Positions 35,010 through 48,402 of a DNA stretch of 64,000 nt are shown here, piece by piece. Origin of the DNA: Octopus sinensis. Its lineage: Eukaryota. The translations under genes and the position numbers were made by a program. The notes beneath the pieces are model-generated. The model worked only from the letters and a program-made list of their open reading frames with translations, had not been told where the DNA came from and did not search any database. The stretch covers positions 20,584,001 to 20,648,000 of the forward strand of contig NC_043000.1 in the NCBI RefSeq assembly GCF_006345805.1. The letters run 5' to 3'. How positions within the stretch are numbered: the stretch's first letter is position 1; each line of letters opens with the position of its first letter.

Positions 35010-36042
35010 GACCCCGAAAGGACGAAAGGTAAAGTCGACCTCGGAGGAATTTGAACTCAGAACGTAACGGCAGACGAAACACTTATTTCTTTACTACCCA
35101 CAAGGGGCTAAACACAGAGAGGACAAACAAGGACAAACAAACGGATTAAGTCGATTATATCGACCCCAGTGCGTAACTGGTACTTATTTAGTCGACCCCG
35201 AAAGGATGAAAGGTAAAGTCGACCTCGGCGGAATTTGAACTCAGAACTTAACGGCAGACGAAACACCTATTTCTTTACTACCCACAAGGGGCTAAACACA
35301 GAGAGGACAAACAAGGACAAACAAACGGATTAAGTCGATTATATCGACCCCAGTGCGTAACTGGTACTTATTTAATCGACCCCGAAAGGATGAAAGGTAA
35401 AGTCGACCTCGGCGGAATTTGAACTCAGAACGTAACGGCAGACGAAACACCTATTTCTTTACTACCCACAAGGGGCTAAACACAGAGAGGACAAACAAGG
35501 ACAAACAAACGGATTAAGTCGATTATATCGACCCCAGTGCGTAACTGGTACTTATTTAATCGACCCCGAAAGGATGAAAGGTAAAGTCGACCTCGGAGGA
35601 ATTTGAACTCAGAACGTAACGGCAGACGAAATACCTATTTCTTTACTACCCACAAGGGGCTAAACACAGAGAGGACAAACAAGGACGGACAAACGGATTA
35701 AGTCGATTATATCGACCCTAGTGCGTAACTGGTACTTATTTAATCGACCCCGAAAGGATGAAAGGTAAAGTCGACCTCGGCGGAATTTGAACTCAGAACG
35801 TAACGGCAGACGAAACACCTATTTCTTTACTACCCACAAGGGGCTAAACACAGAGAGGACAAACAAGGACAAACAAACGGATTAAGTCGATTAGATCGAC
35901 CCCAGTGCGTAACTGGTACTTAATTTATCGACCCCGAAAGGATGAAAGGCAAAGTCGACCTCGGCGGAATTTGAACTCAGAATGTAACGGCAGACGAAAT
36001 ACCGCTAAGCCTTTCGCCCGGCGTGCTAACGATTCTGCCAGC
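35010..36042 (-). repeat. Tandem array of 184-bp SINE-A/tail-B units (five full units plus a head)
   Basis: gaccccgaaagg recurs at 35010, 35194, 35378, 35562, 35746 and 35930; units are near-identical. Confidence 0.92.
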
Positions 36043-36327
36043 GCTGTCCTGGGGCGAGCGACAGATGATTTCTTGTCACAATCACTGACAGAAATGTAGT
36101 CAACTAGTGATTATCTTATTGGAAACCAGTAACTGATGATGCGATTGCTTACCAAATAGTCATATGAAATACATGAAGCATAACTCCTTTGGGGTGAGGT
36201 ATTGACGTCATAATTCTCAATTTCCAAACAGGAAGTCAATAAAACTGATTAGTTTTTTGGTATTTCTTATCATAAATTGTATTTTATTTACTGCTTTAGA
36301 GAATAGGATAAATAGAATAATAACGAA

Positions 36328-36735
<408 letters not shown>

Positions 36736-37739
36736 CATCCCAGCCTATCAAATGGGAGCTAACGTGTGCCTTTGCACGCATACATATGAAAATCAAACCC
36801 TCGAATATAAATAAGCTATAAATAGTCAAACACTACAGAACCTAAGTATCAACTATACTTTTGGCGGATAAAAATACCTCACTGCTTAGTTGATACGATC
36901 TATCATGAAGAAGAAGAAGATGAAGATGAAGATGATGATGATGAACGGCAGTGGTAGTCTGTATGGATGCCAGTGTCGACATCAGCAGTCTAAAGAAATA
37001 CAAGCCTGACATTTTTCGTTGAGTCTATCTAGTTCCTTCTGTCTTTCATACTTACTGAATTAAACTGTTTGATAACTTAGATATATTTCCATGTTATTTA
37101 GTAATGATGTCGTTGTCATTGCCGTTGTTGTTATTGTTGTTGTTATATCTGAGGTTGTTGTTGTTGTTGTTGTAATAAACGCAATACAAATCTTGTTTAT
37201 ATACCAATGGAGTTCTTGACGTATCAACTTCCGACATTGGCTCCGCAGCCATAAATAAGAGCAACAAAAATAAACAGAACGGCTGTGTATTCCCCTTTGA
37301 ATATATATATATCTGTGTTTATCTTTGATAAGACGACGTAGGTTTTTAAGCAAATCACTCATCTTGCTTCCACCGTATCTCATTCAGTGACCGTCATTAG
37401 GTTAAAGGTTAAAGGTGTATAATGTCAATAGGTCGTGCCCCAATAAGTAATATAACTCGCATAAAAATATCTGAAGAGCTTTCACGTCATTTAGAACACT
37501 ACCAGTAGCTTTCTGCAATTTGAAATTCGCTTTGAATCGAGTTATTTCAGGAGGTCTCTAGAGATTGGTAGACCGATAATTGGCACTTCATAAATGCACG
37601 TGTTTGATGCTGGGAATGTCCTTGTGCTGGTTCCACTGCTTGCTGTTGTTTAGCCCTAAAACAACCCTGGCCGAATAAGCCTATAATTCAAAAGCGTTGC
37701 AGCCGTGACAATCTCGTCTTAGTCTATATCTAGGATTTT

Positions 37740-37818
37740 TGTCTATATATATATATCTCCTCTCTCTCTCTCTCTCCCTTTCTTTCTTTCTTTCTTTCTT
37801 TCTCTCTCACCTTCTCCG

Positions 37819-37913
<95 letters not shown>

Positions 37914-37920
37914 CAATCGC

Positions 37921-37975
<55 letters not shown>
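37740..37975. repeat. (TC)n/(TCTA)n microsatellite
   Basis: Direct reading of the sequence. Confidence 0.95.
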
Positions 37976-37976
<1 letters not shown>

Positions 37977-38234
37977 CCTGTCATATTTAAGGACATTAGA
38001 TATTGCCTCTTCCTTTCTTTAAGACATTAGAGTGTGTTTAGCGCAAGGCTACGCTGCTACTTCTAGCAATCATATCTTCCCCAAGCGTCCTCGTTGATGT
38101 TAGACTGACCCAAGATGAGAATGAACCGGAATACATTAAAATTCCTGCATTAACATCTTCACACGCATAGACATGAACTTCATAACGTGGATATAGCGTG
38201 GGAGTAGCATGAACATAGCATAAGCATTACATAA

Positions 38235-38400
38235 GCGTAGCGTGGGCGTAGCGTGGGCGTAGCGTAGGCGTAGCGTGGGCGTAGCGTGGGCGTAGCGTGG
38301 GACTAGCGTAGGCGTAGCGTAGGCGTAGCGTAGGCGTAGCGTAGGCGTAACGTAGGTGTTGCGTGGGCGTAGTGTGGTCATAGCGTGGTAATAGCGTTGC
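38235..38400. repeat. GC-rich 11-bp minisatellite (gcgtagcgt(a/g)g)
   Basis: Direct reading; produces the RYAHATPTL repeat ORFs. Confidence 0.85.
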
Positions 38401-38798
38401 TTTTGGCAACCTTGTACGGCAGTTGAATTGTCCACTCCCAGCGACCGCCATGTATGGTCTGCACACTCCACACTACACCACTGCTTCATAAGTTAATTTA
38501 ACAGTGATACGAACCCAAATGACAGTCGACGGCATTACTAAACGACTGAAAAATCTAAAAACTCGCTGTCGCACTTTCTAAACACTTAATAACGTCAGAT
38601 GGCCTCATACAATGTAATGTTACGCATTGTGATCTAGATTTATGATAAAATTAAAGAACAAGTTTAATTAAGATCTAATGTCATACTAATAAAGCAAGTT
38701 AAAGCAACAGATTTAATCCCGAATACCCAGGTTTATTCACCATTAATTCAGTTGAAGAGTAACAGTGAGAAACTGAATAGAGGCGACTATATTTGAAT

Positions 38799-39110
38799 TG
38801 GAGGCGCAATGGCCAAGTGGTTAGGGCAGCGGACTCGCGATCGGAGGATCGCGGTTTCGATTCCCAGACCGGGCGTTGTGTGTGTTTATTGGGCGAAAAC
38901 ACCTAAAAGCTCCACGATGCTCCGGCAGGGGGTGGTGATCCCTGCTGTACTCTTTCACCACTCTTTCTCTCACTCTTTCTGCTGTTGGCCTGCTCGCTTA
39001 GCCAGCGGGGTGGCGTCGTTCGAAGGCTAAATCAATGCGAACGCATTGTGACCAGCGATGTGTAGCAACATCTGATGGTCTGGTCGGTCACGTGATCACG
39101 TGATATTTGA
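38799..39110 (+). mobile_element. SINE family C variant with a different 3' half
   Basis: Family-C head; the body diverges after ctctttct. Confidence 0.7.
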
Positions 39111-39562
39111 ATTGAGGACAGCGCTGTCTTAAGGCATACACACTGGCCAATTGGATGGGAGCCCCGCGTATCTAAGAGTCCAATGTTAATCTGTGTATGC
39201 TGTGGTTTGCTGGCGGTGTATAATACTACAGATATTGTTTTGCCCAGAGGTGGTGCTGCAGAGATGTTGAGATAGCCCTAAATGAAGGTTCATGTTGCGG
39301 TTCTTTCTCGCACTTCGGTTTTTAAAGAAAGCATTTAATGTCGTCTCCGCGAAGCAATTCACGGTAGCAGCAGTAGCGTAGCTAACAGAAGAGCAAGGGA
39401 CGCGACCGCTCCGCACAGGCACATTTTTTTAAAAAATTGGTGCCTTTTTAACAAGTTTCTTTTAATTCTTTTGTTACGTATATCAGCTTTTTGTAAGTTC
39501 CAAATATAATGGGATTGTTACTGAAACATGAAATTAATGAATATAGCATACAATTACGTATA

Positions 39563-39795
39563 TATTTCTTTACTACCCACAAGGGGCGAAAGACAGAGGG
39601 TACAAACAAGGACAGACAAACGGATTAAGTCGATTACATCGACCCCAGTGCGTAACTGGTACTTAATTTATCGACCCCGAAAGGATAAAAGGCAAAGTCG
39701 ACCTCGACGGAATTTGAACTTAGAACGTAACGGCAGACGAAATACGGCTACGCATTTCGCCCGGCGTGCTAGCAATTCTGCCAGCTCACAGCCTT
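39563..39795 (-). mobile_element. SINE family A, tail B, single copy
   Basis: Head to tail gtagtaaagaaata. Degenerate ~15-bp TSD (atatatgtaattata / atatacgtaattgta on the minus strand). Confidence 0.8.
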
Positions 39796-40267
39796 ATAAT
39801 TACATATATTATAACTAATGGAATATTTCGTCAGCAGTCTAAAGAAATACAAGCTTGACATTTTTCGTTGAGTCTAGTTGCTTCTGTCTTTCATACTTAC
39901 TGAATTAAACTGTTTAATTCAGCAAAAAATGAGTAGTACCTGTATTTCAAAAAAGGGCCAGCTTTGACACACACTGTGTCACGCTGAATCTCCCTGAGAA
40001 CCTACGTTAAGGGTGCACGTGTCTGTGAAGTAGTGCTCAGCCACTTACACGTTAATTTCACGAGCAAGCTGCTCCGTTGATTGTATCAGCTGGGACCCTC
40101 GTCGTCGCAACCGATGGAGTGCTCCTCCTCTTCTAGTAATGGTATCGTTGTCATCGTCGTTGTTGTTGTTGTATCTGACGTTTGTCTTGCTTAGGTTGCT
40201 GTTCTTGTTGTTGTTATTGTTGTTGCTGTTGTTGTTGTAATAAACGCAATACAAATCTCGTTTATAT

Positions 40268-40490
40268 TGGCAGCATCGCTAGCACGCCGAGCGAAATGCG
40301 TAGCCGTATTTCGTCTGTCGTTACGTTCCGAGTTCAAATTCCGCCGAGGTCGACTTTGCCTTTCATCCTTTCGGGGTCGATAAATTAAGTACCAGTTACG
40401 CACTGGGGTCGATGTAATCGACTTGACCCCTTTGTCTGTCCTTGTTTGTCCCCTCTGTGTTTAGCCCCTGGTGGGTAGTAAAGAAATATA
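40268..40490 (+). mobile_element. SINE family A, tail B, 5'-truncated, inserted in another repeat
   Basis: Interrupts gtttatat|accaatg, which is contiguous in the paralogous copy at ~37195-37210. Confidence 0.8.
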
Positions 40491-41242
40491 TATACCAATG
40501 AAGTTATGCATTGTTTGGTATGTGTCACGGTGGCTTTTTTATGTGCTCGTTCCCCCTTGCTTTAGAATCTGGTTGCGCCTCTGGAAAGCGGGATTCGATA
40601 ACCAGAAAACTTCTTGTCTTGCAGCTGAGCCTCGTATTAGGATCATTTTCAGTAAAATAGTCCATGACTAAGAAATACTAAATTTCTAAATCTCTCGTAG
40701 GGACATGTACGGTGGTGGGGCGATAGAATGGTTGTATACTGTCAATCTAACACGAACGTGACAGTAGGTGGGGTACACCACCGCTGTATAGCCATAGGAA
40801 GCATCGACGCCTCCTGATGGCTTTGACACATTTTTCCCTGTGTCCTTATATACATTTACGAAGGGGAGACAAACACCCCCGGCCGCCGGAGTTGCATCTG
40901 TAATTTTAATGAAGCTGCTACCGGGGAATTCAGCTGGAAGTATTCTTCCAGAATGTTACCAGCTCAACAATAGGGTCTCCTTGTGCATTTCAGATGCATT
41001 GTTGTGCTAACTCCAGCAGCTCATCAATAGATAAACTTATAATGGAATAGAAAGTTCATGATACCTGTGGAGTAACACAGTCTTAGGATCTGGAACTCGA
41101 AAGAAGAAACTTACAAGCTGATGCAATTCAATGGTTGTTTATTTTAGTTCTTATTCATGTGGCTCGTTCCCGGTGACCATTTGTATGGCAGCGCGCGGTT
41201 GCGCTATTGCGCTGCTCACGTGAGGTACACCCTTTCTCTTCT

Positions 41243-41635
41243 ACTCTTTTACATGTTTCAGTCATCTGACTGTGGCCATGCTGGAGCGCCGTCTTTAGTC
41301 AAGCAAATCGACCCCCAGGACTTATTCTCTGTAAGCCTAGTGCTTATTCTATCGGTCTCTTTGCCGAACCGCTAAGTTACGGGGATGTAAACACACCAGC
41401 ATCAGTTGTCAAGCGATGTTGGGGGAACAAACACAGACACACAAATATATACACACACACATATATATACATATATACGACAGGCTTCTTTCAGTTTCCG
41501 TCTACCAAATCCACTCACAAGGCTTTGGTCGGCCCGAGGCTATAGCAGAAGACATTTGCCCAAGGTGCCACGCAGTGGGACTGAACCCGGAACCATGTGG
41601 TTGGTAACCAAGCTACTTACCACACAGCCACTCCT
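41243..41635 (-). mobile_element. SINE family B
   Basis: Reverse complement of the family-B consensus. Confidence 0.85.
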
Positions 41636-41639
41636 ACAT

Positions 41640-42210
41640 TACCTCAGGAGATAACGGGTAAAGTTGGAGCAGGATAAGAATCCACCGTGAGCTGCCAGTT
41701 TGCAGTGTTTCTCAGCGCAGCGAGAAAGAGAAGAGAGAGATCGAATTCCTTAATACGCCTGCTTAAATAGATGTTGCCCACGAGAGTCTCGCTGTGGTCT
41801 CGCGCATGGCAACATGGTTGTAGGCAAGATCTCGCTTTTGTCTCGAACATTGTAATGGCTGCCGGCGAGATCTCGAACAAAATGGCGCTGACTTCTTGTG
41901 TCACTCTACAAACTCTTACCATGTGACTCGGTCGACTCTTTCACATTTTGCATTCGACTTTCATTGGCCATTTCAATGACGTCACTGATGACAGCAAGCA
42001 ATAGTAAAATTACAGGAAATCATTGCATCCTTCTGACCATAACTTCTGATAATCAATTCTCATTTACTTTATCCTAGCCTGCTTTGGTATTATTTATGGA
42101 TGGTAGTCTCTGATAAATTGTTTATTTTCTCTCTCTCTCTCCCTCTCTCTCTCCTCTCTCTCTCTTTCTTTCTTCTTCTTCTTCTCCTTCTTCTTCTTCC
42201 AGTAAGTTGC
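41640..42210. promoter_or_regulatory. Candidate CpG-rich promoter
   Basis: Non-repeat, CpG-rich stretch with a YY1-like caaaatggcg (41878), CRE tgacgtca (41977), attgg (41963), RFX half-site catggcaac, several tctcg, and a possible donor gtaagt (42202). Confidence 0.35.
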
Positions 42211-42319
42211 CCAAAAGTGTGACAAAGGTAGTAGACCTTGATATTAGAAATTACAGTCGCCTTCACCTCCTCCTTCTCTCACCTCCTCCTCCTTCTCTTC
42301 TTCTTCTTCTTCTTCTTCC

Positions 42320-42572
42320 ATACATACATATACACGCACATATAAACATACATACATATATACATTCGTATGTCTATATATATATGCATACATACATACG
42401 TACATACATATATATATATATGTGTGTGTGTGTGTATGTATATATATATATATATATATATATACGTACATCCATACATATATATGTATTTATATATATA
42501 TATACATACATACACACCACGCGTAATATACATATATATATGCATACATATATATATATACATACACACCAG

Positions 42573-42603
<31 letters not shown>

Positions 42604-42607
42604 CATG

Positions 42608-42678
<71 letters not shown>

Positions 42679-42789
42679 CGTACATCCATACATATATATG
42701 TATTTATATATATATATACATACATACACACACACGCGTATATATACATATATATATGCATACATATATATATATACATACACACACAG

Positions 42790-42820
<31 letters not shown>

Positions 42821-42826
42821 CATGCA

Positions 42827-42899
<73 letters not shown>

Positions 42900-42900
42900 C
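42320..42900. repeat. Complex (TA)n/(TACA)n tract with an internal ~215-bp duplication
   Basis: tacgtacatccatacatatatatgtattt occurs at ~42463 and ~42677. Confidence 0.9.
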
Positions 42901-43553
42901 TACAGTCCAAGCATCATTGATTTAGAACTTCTAATATTTTATATATGTATATATATGCTGCTGTAAGAATGCTAAACATGCTAACCCTGACCGGATCAAT
43001 ATTGATCGGAGCACATTATGGTAAATTCTATAAGCGAAAGTCTCTACAGACTTGCTCCGATAGCTGTATCTATAAAGATGTTTAATCTTCTCTAGAACCG
43101 CAACATACCACTTTCTGATATGAAGTATTGTAAAGATTATGAAATATTTTGGTACGAACTTTTGTCGAAAGTGAAAACAATTATTTTTTTTTTTTTTTCA
43201 GAGAAGTAATCGAATGGCAACACCACTCTAACTAAACGAATCTCCATTTTTGGTTCTTTCCTTTGGTGCAATGATAGAAATATTTCGTATTTTAGGAAAG
43301 AGGAAATAGGATGTGTGTTCGTTTATACCACTTTCAATTTCAAAAGCAACGTGATTGAAAGAATCGAAAAACGCATCGTGAACTCTATTTTTCTGTGAGT
43401 TCACCTAATCAGGCCGGCTGGAAGTGCTAACCACGAGCCCGGTCGTTCTGGATGACTCATATTTGGCAGGGTGTCACATTATGTTTGAGTTCTTCGAAAT
43501 AAAAGGGGAAATAAAATGAAAGAAAGAAAGAAAACAAACATTTTATTTTTATA

Positions 43554-43922
43554 CTAGCAGTATCGCCCGGCGTTGCTCGGGTTTGTTTCGACACTTTAGA
43601 ATTGAATTTTTGAAAAGCAAAAATTTTGCATTAAGTGAACAATTTTCTGGTTGAAATACACTGAAAAATGGCGACACAGCAGTCAAAAAATCGTAAAAAC
43701 TAGGGATTTTCATAGAAAAAAACCCACCTTTTTTATGTAAATAATTTTTGGTATTAAGATGGTCCGATTTAAATTTTATCTTCTATGGAAGGAAGAGCAA
43801 GCCTTCTTCTATCATACTCTCAATTTTGGTCAACTTGCGCCGCAGGGTCTCGGAGGAGATAGTGTTAGTTGAAGGTTACCAAACCTGTCACACACAGACA
43901 ACTTCAGCTTTAAATATATAGA
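43554..43922 (-). mobile_element. Non-autonomous Helitron
   Basis: A|TCTATATAT 5' end; hairpin cccgagcaacgccggg followed by CTAG|T. Confidence 0.8.
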
Positions 43923-44640
43923 TTAATAAATTATAATGAGCACTTTACGCTGATTTTTACCGGTTTAACACCATACGAAAAATAAATTTTTAAAGTTTAC
44001 TTGTAAGAGCGCCGAGATTAAGCTTACCCGGGTGCAAGCTGGGAACGGCTTAAGTGCATTATAGAGCACGGAACATACGCTGGACACTTGAGTATTTTTA
44101 TTCATTGTCAGTAAGTCACAGTATGCATAGCTAAGCAATAGGCCTTTAAGCCCGTATCACCCACTCCCGAACAACTATTCAGTACTTCCAAGCTGTAAGA
44201 CGCAGTTGGCGCCAGCGACTCTAGCACTAAGCAACCAGATTAGTCTTGCTGTAAATGCGTTTTTTTCCCCTATAATTTAGAAATATCGTTAGTCAAAATA
44301 AAATAGTAAGAAAAAGTAGTAAACGATTATGACAGACACGTAGTATAAAGTAAATACAATATCGATCGGGTGAGAGATAGCAAACATTGAAATTAAGATG
44401 TGAAATACACGATATACTTTCCACGACAACAATGGCAGAAAATCTCAAAGATTTTATAAACATTGGCGTAGGAGTGGCTGTGTGGTAAGTAGCTTGCTTA
44501 CAAACAACATGGTTCTGGGTCAGTCTCACTGCGTGGCACCTTGGGCAAGTGTCTTCTACTATAGCCTCGGGCCGACCAAAGTCTTGTGAGTGGATTTGGT
44601 AAACGAAAACTGAAAGAAGCCCGTCGTATATGTATGTATG

Positions 44641-44700
<60 letters not shown>

Positions 44701-45123
44701 GAGAATTGGCGTAACTCCAGTATAAGTACCGGAAGTACCGGATACATTTCAAGATAGTATTTTTTTATATATATGAGGGGGGGGTAGGGTTAAGGGTGGG
44801 AGAAAAGGGTTTCTGTTATCTTCAGAAATGTAAACAAGGCTAGTTCCGGTACTTATACCGAAGGATCGCCGGAGAATTCACGAAAAAAATAAAAGACGAA
44901 GACAGGTGGTGTAGAAAACAAAAACAGATATATTAGTATAACGCTCTGGAATTTCGAGCCTACGCTCTTCCACAGAAAGGAACACAGAAAGAAACAAGGA
45001 GAGAAAAACAAATGTGTGTAGTGGCTACCGGTCTATCATGGCGAATGCCGGACAGAAGGGTCACACAGGAGAGCGAAGAAGTAGGGGAGATAACAAAGTT
45101 GTAGTGATCCCAAAACATATATG

Positions 45124-45154
<31 letters not shown>

Positions 45155-45732
45155 ATATGTTTGTGTGTCTGTGTTTGTCACCCCCAACATCTCTTGACAA
45201 CCGATGCTGGTGTGTTTACGTTCCCCGTAACTTAGCGGTTCGGCAAAAGAGACTGATAGAATAAGTACAAAGAATAAATCCTGGGGTCGATTTGCTCGAC
45301 TAAAGACGGTGCTCCAGCATGGCCACAGTCAAAAGTAAAAGAGAGTATATTTTTTTAATAATCGTGAAGTAAAAAAAAAAAAAAACATTACATTGTAAAT
45401 ATAGTCTCTCCAGGCGTGGCTGTGTGGTAAGAAGTTTGATACCCGACCACGGGATTCTGGATTAAGCCCTACAGTTTAATACCTTAGACAAGTGTCTTCT
45501 ACTATAGCTTCGGGTCCATCAAAGCCTTGTGAGTAGATTTGGTAAGGGGGAAATGAAAGAAGCCCGTCGAATATGTGTGTGTGTGTGTGTGTGTGTGTGT
45601 TTCTTTGTTTCTGGTTTGTCCCCCACCACCACTTGACAACCGGTGTTGGTGCGTTTACGTCTCCATAACGATTCGGTAAAAGTGCCCGGTAGAATAAGTA
45701 CCTGGCGTGAAAAATATAAGGACTCTCTCTTT

Positions 45733-46138
45733 TTACTCTTTTTACTTGTTTCAGTCATTTGACTGCGGCCATGCTGGAGCACCGCCTTTAGTCGAGCAAA
45801 TCGACCCCGGGACTTATTCTTTGTAAGCCCAGTACTTATTCTATCGGTCTCTTTTGCCGAACCGCTAAGTGACGGGGACGTAAACACACCAGCATCGGTT
45901 GTCAAGCAATGCTAGGGGAACAAACACAGACACACAAACATATTCACACACACTTATATATATATACATATATACGACAGGCTTCTTTCAGTTTCCGTCT
46001 ACCAAATCCACTCACAAGGCATTGGTCGGCCCGGGGCTATAGCAGAAGACACGTGCCCAAGATGCCACGCAGTGGGACTGAACCCGGAACCATGTGGTTG
46101 GTTAGCAAGCTACTTACCAAACAGCCACTCCTGCGCCT
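45733..46138 (-). mobile_element. SINE family B
   Basis: Reverse complement of the family-B consensus; nearly identical to 62079-62479. Confidence 0.85.
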
Positions 46139-46249
46139 ATGGGGGCGATTAATTCAATTTTAAAAAATTCTTAAAGCCGGTGCCCCAGAATGGCCGAAGT
46201 CTAATGACTGAAACAAGAAAAGGATAAACGATATTTTTAAATCGTCGTC

Positions 46250-47168
46250 GTAGCACTCCGTCGGTTATGACGACGAGGGTTCCAACTGATCCGATCGACG
46301 GAACAGCCTGCTCGTGAAATTAACGTGCAAGTGGCTGAGCACTCCACAGACACGTGTACCCTTAACGTAGTTCTCGAGGAGATTCAGCGTGACACTATGT
46401 GACAAGGCTGGCTCTTCGAAATACAGATACAACAAAAGCAAGAAGAAAGAGCGAGAGAATGTTGTGGTGAAAGAGTACAGCAGGGTTCTCCACTACCCAC
46501 TGCCGGAGGCCTCGTGGAGCTTTAGATGTTTTCTCTCAATAAACACTCACAACGCCTGGTCTGGGAATCGAAACCGCGATCCTACGACCACGAGTCCGCT
46601 GCCCTAACCACTGAGCCATTGTGCCTCAACTTATTTTTAAATAATCAATGAAGTAAAAGAAAATTACTTTATGAATATAGTTTCTTCATTGATTGTTCGG
46701 TAAGTAGAAAAGCAAAAGTACATTTGTGTGTTATCTCGTTCGGTATGGGGAATGAAATTCTTTTGGTGGCGGCATAGTTGAACAACAGTAAGTTCTTGGT
46801 AATGTAAATAAAAGAATTCGGTTTCGATTCCCAGACGATAACACATGAATCTGACTGCCTATAATTCTGAAGCTATTGAGCGAAAACACCTAAAGCTCCA
46901 CGAGGCTCCGGCAGGAGATGGTGGTGATCCCTGCTGTACTCTTTCACCACAACTTTCTCTCACTCTTATTTCCTGTTTCTGTTGTACCTGTATTTCAAAG
47001 GGCCGGCCTTGTCACTCTCTGTGTCACGCTGAATATCCCCGAGAACTACGTTAAGGGTGCACGTGTCTGTGGAGTGCTCAGCCACTTACACGTTAATTTC
47101 ACGAGCAGGCTGTTCCATTGATTCGGATCAACCGGAACCTTCATCGTCGTAACCGACGGAGTGCTTCC
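46250..47168. mobile_element. Two family-C SINEs in divergent orientation (46250-46628 minus, 46820-47168 plus)
   Basis: The two copies are reverse complements of each other. Confidence 0.8.
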
Positions 47169-47181
47169 AATTCTGAAGCGA

Positions 47182-47418
47182 AAAGGCGGCGAGCTGGGGA
47201 AACGTTAGCACGCCGGGCGAAATGCGTAGCCGTATTACGTCTGCCGTTACGTTCTGAGTTCAAATTCCGCCGAGGTCGACTTTGCCTTTCATCCTTTCGG
47301 GGTCGATAAATTAAGTACCAGTTACGCACTGGGGTCGATGTAATCGACTTAATCCGTCTGTCTGTCCTTGTTTGTCCCCTCTGTGTTTAGCCCCTTGTGG
47401 GTAGTAAAAGAAATATAT
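47182..47418 (+). mobile_element. SINE family A, tail B, full length
   Basis: 13-bp TSD aattctgaagcga (47169-47181 / 47419-47431). Confidence 0.88.
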
Positions 47419-47668
47419 AATTCTGAAGCGACAACTCACAGGTTCTTATTGAGGAATACACATAAACGTACAAGCAAGGCACATACGCGAACATTAACAC
47501 ACACACACACACACACAAGATACACACACAAAATACACACATATGCCATATATACTTGCATAAAATTGCCCTATTTTATACTTGATTTAAACTGAAAAAT
47601 CTGGGGTACAGCTTACACACGAGTAAATACTGTATAGGTACATGTTTGGATGGATGGATGTATGCATG

Positions 47669-47922
47669 CAGGGTCGGATTTGGACCTATATGATAGATTG
47701 TTTTCGGATTTGGCACCGCGCCAATAGAGAGTCCTGCACACATGCTCGAAAGGAGGACGCTATGATGGATTTTTAGCATATCGTAGTGGCTAATGTCTTA
47801 ATCCCTCAACGCTTTTTGGCTGGGACTAGCCTAATATACTAAGCATAAAACATCAATCTTTAGCTTTTGTGGAGTAGAGGGGCCCCACTGATAGGGCCTC
47901 GCACTTTTGAGCACCGGCCCTC
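47669..47922. mobile_element. Small MITE (cagggtcgg / ccggccctc ends)
   Basis: Imperfect TIR; flanked by gatgtatgcatg on both sides. Confidence 0.55.
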
Positions 47923-47954
47923 GATGTATGCATGCACTGGTTGTGTGGAGGCAG

Positions 47955-48179
47955 AAGCGTAGCTGTGTGGTAAGAAGCTTGCTTCCCAGCCACATGGTTC
48001 CGGGTTCAGTCCCACTGCCTGACACCTTGGGCAAGTGTCTTCTATTATAGCCTCAGGCCGACCAAAGCCTTGTGAGCGGATTTGGTTGACAGAAACTGAA
48101 AGAAGCTTGTCGTACGTGTGTGTGTGTGTGTATGTGTGTGTATGTGTATGTGTGTGTGTGTATGTATGTGTGCGCGTGT

Positions 48180-48216
<37 letters not shown>

Positions 48217-48402
48217 TGTCTCCCCGCCATCACTTGACAACCGATGCTGGTGTGTTTATATCACCTTAGCGGTTCGGCAAAAGGGTCCCATAGAATAGTA
48301 CTGGGCCTACAAAGAATAAGTCCTGGGGTCGACTTCTTCGACTAAAACCCTTTAAGACGATGCTCCAGCATGGCCAGTCAAATGACTGAAACAAGTAAAA
48401 GA
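47955..48402 (+). mobile_element. SINE family B
   Basis: Family-B head, (TG)n middle and tail. Confidence 0.8.

Noticed and set aside
35010-36042. CRISPR-like regular array
   Set aside because: Whole 184-bp units are repeated with no unique spacers, and the context is eukaryotic.
42207-42925. Many long ORFs (YIHT/MYVC/THTH/LSIY repeats) here and at 26.5-27.8, 29.3, 31.1, 36.3, 48.0, 51.1 and 55.8 kb
   Set aside because: Translations of microsatellites that lack stop codons; no coding signal.
44720-44858. 15-bp inverted repeat gtataagtaccggaa / ttccggtacttatac
   Set aside because: Probably a small MITE remnant; no TSD and too little evidence to classify.
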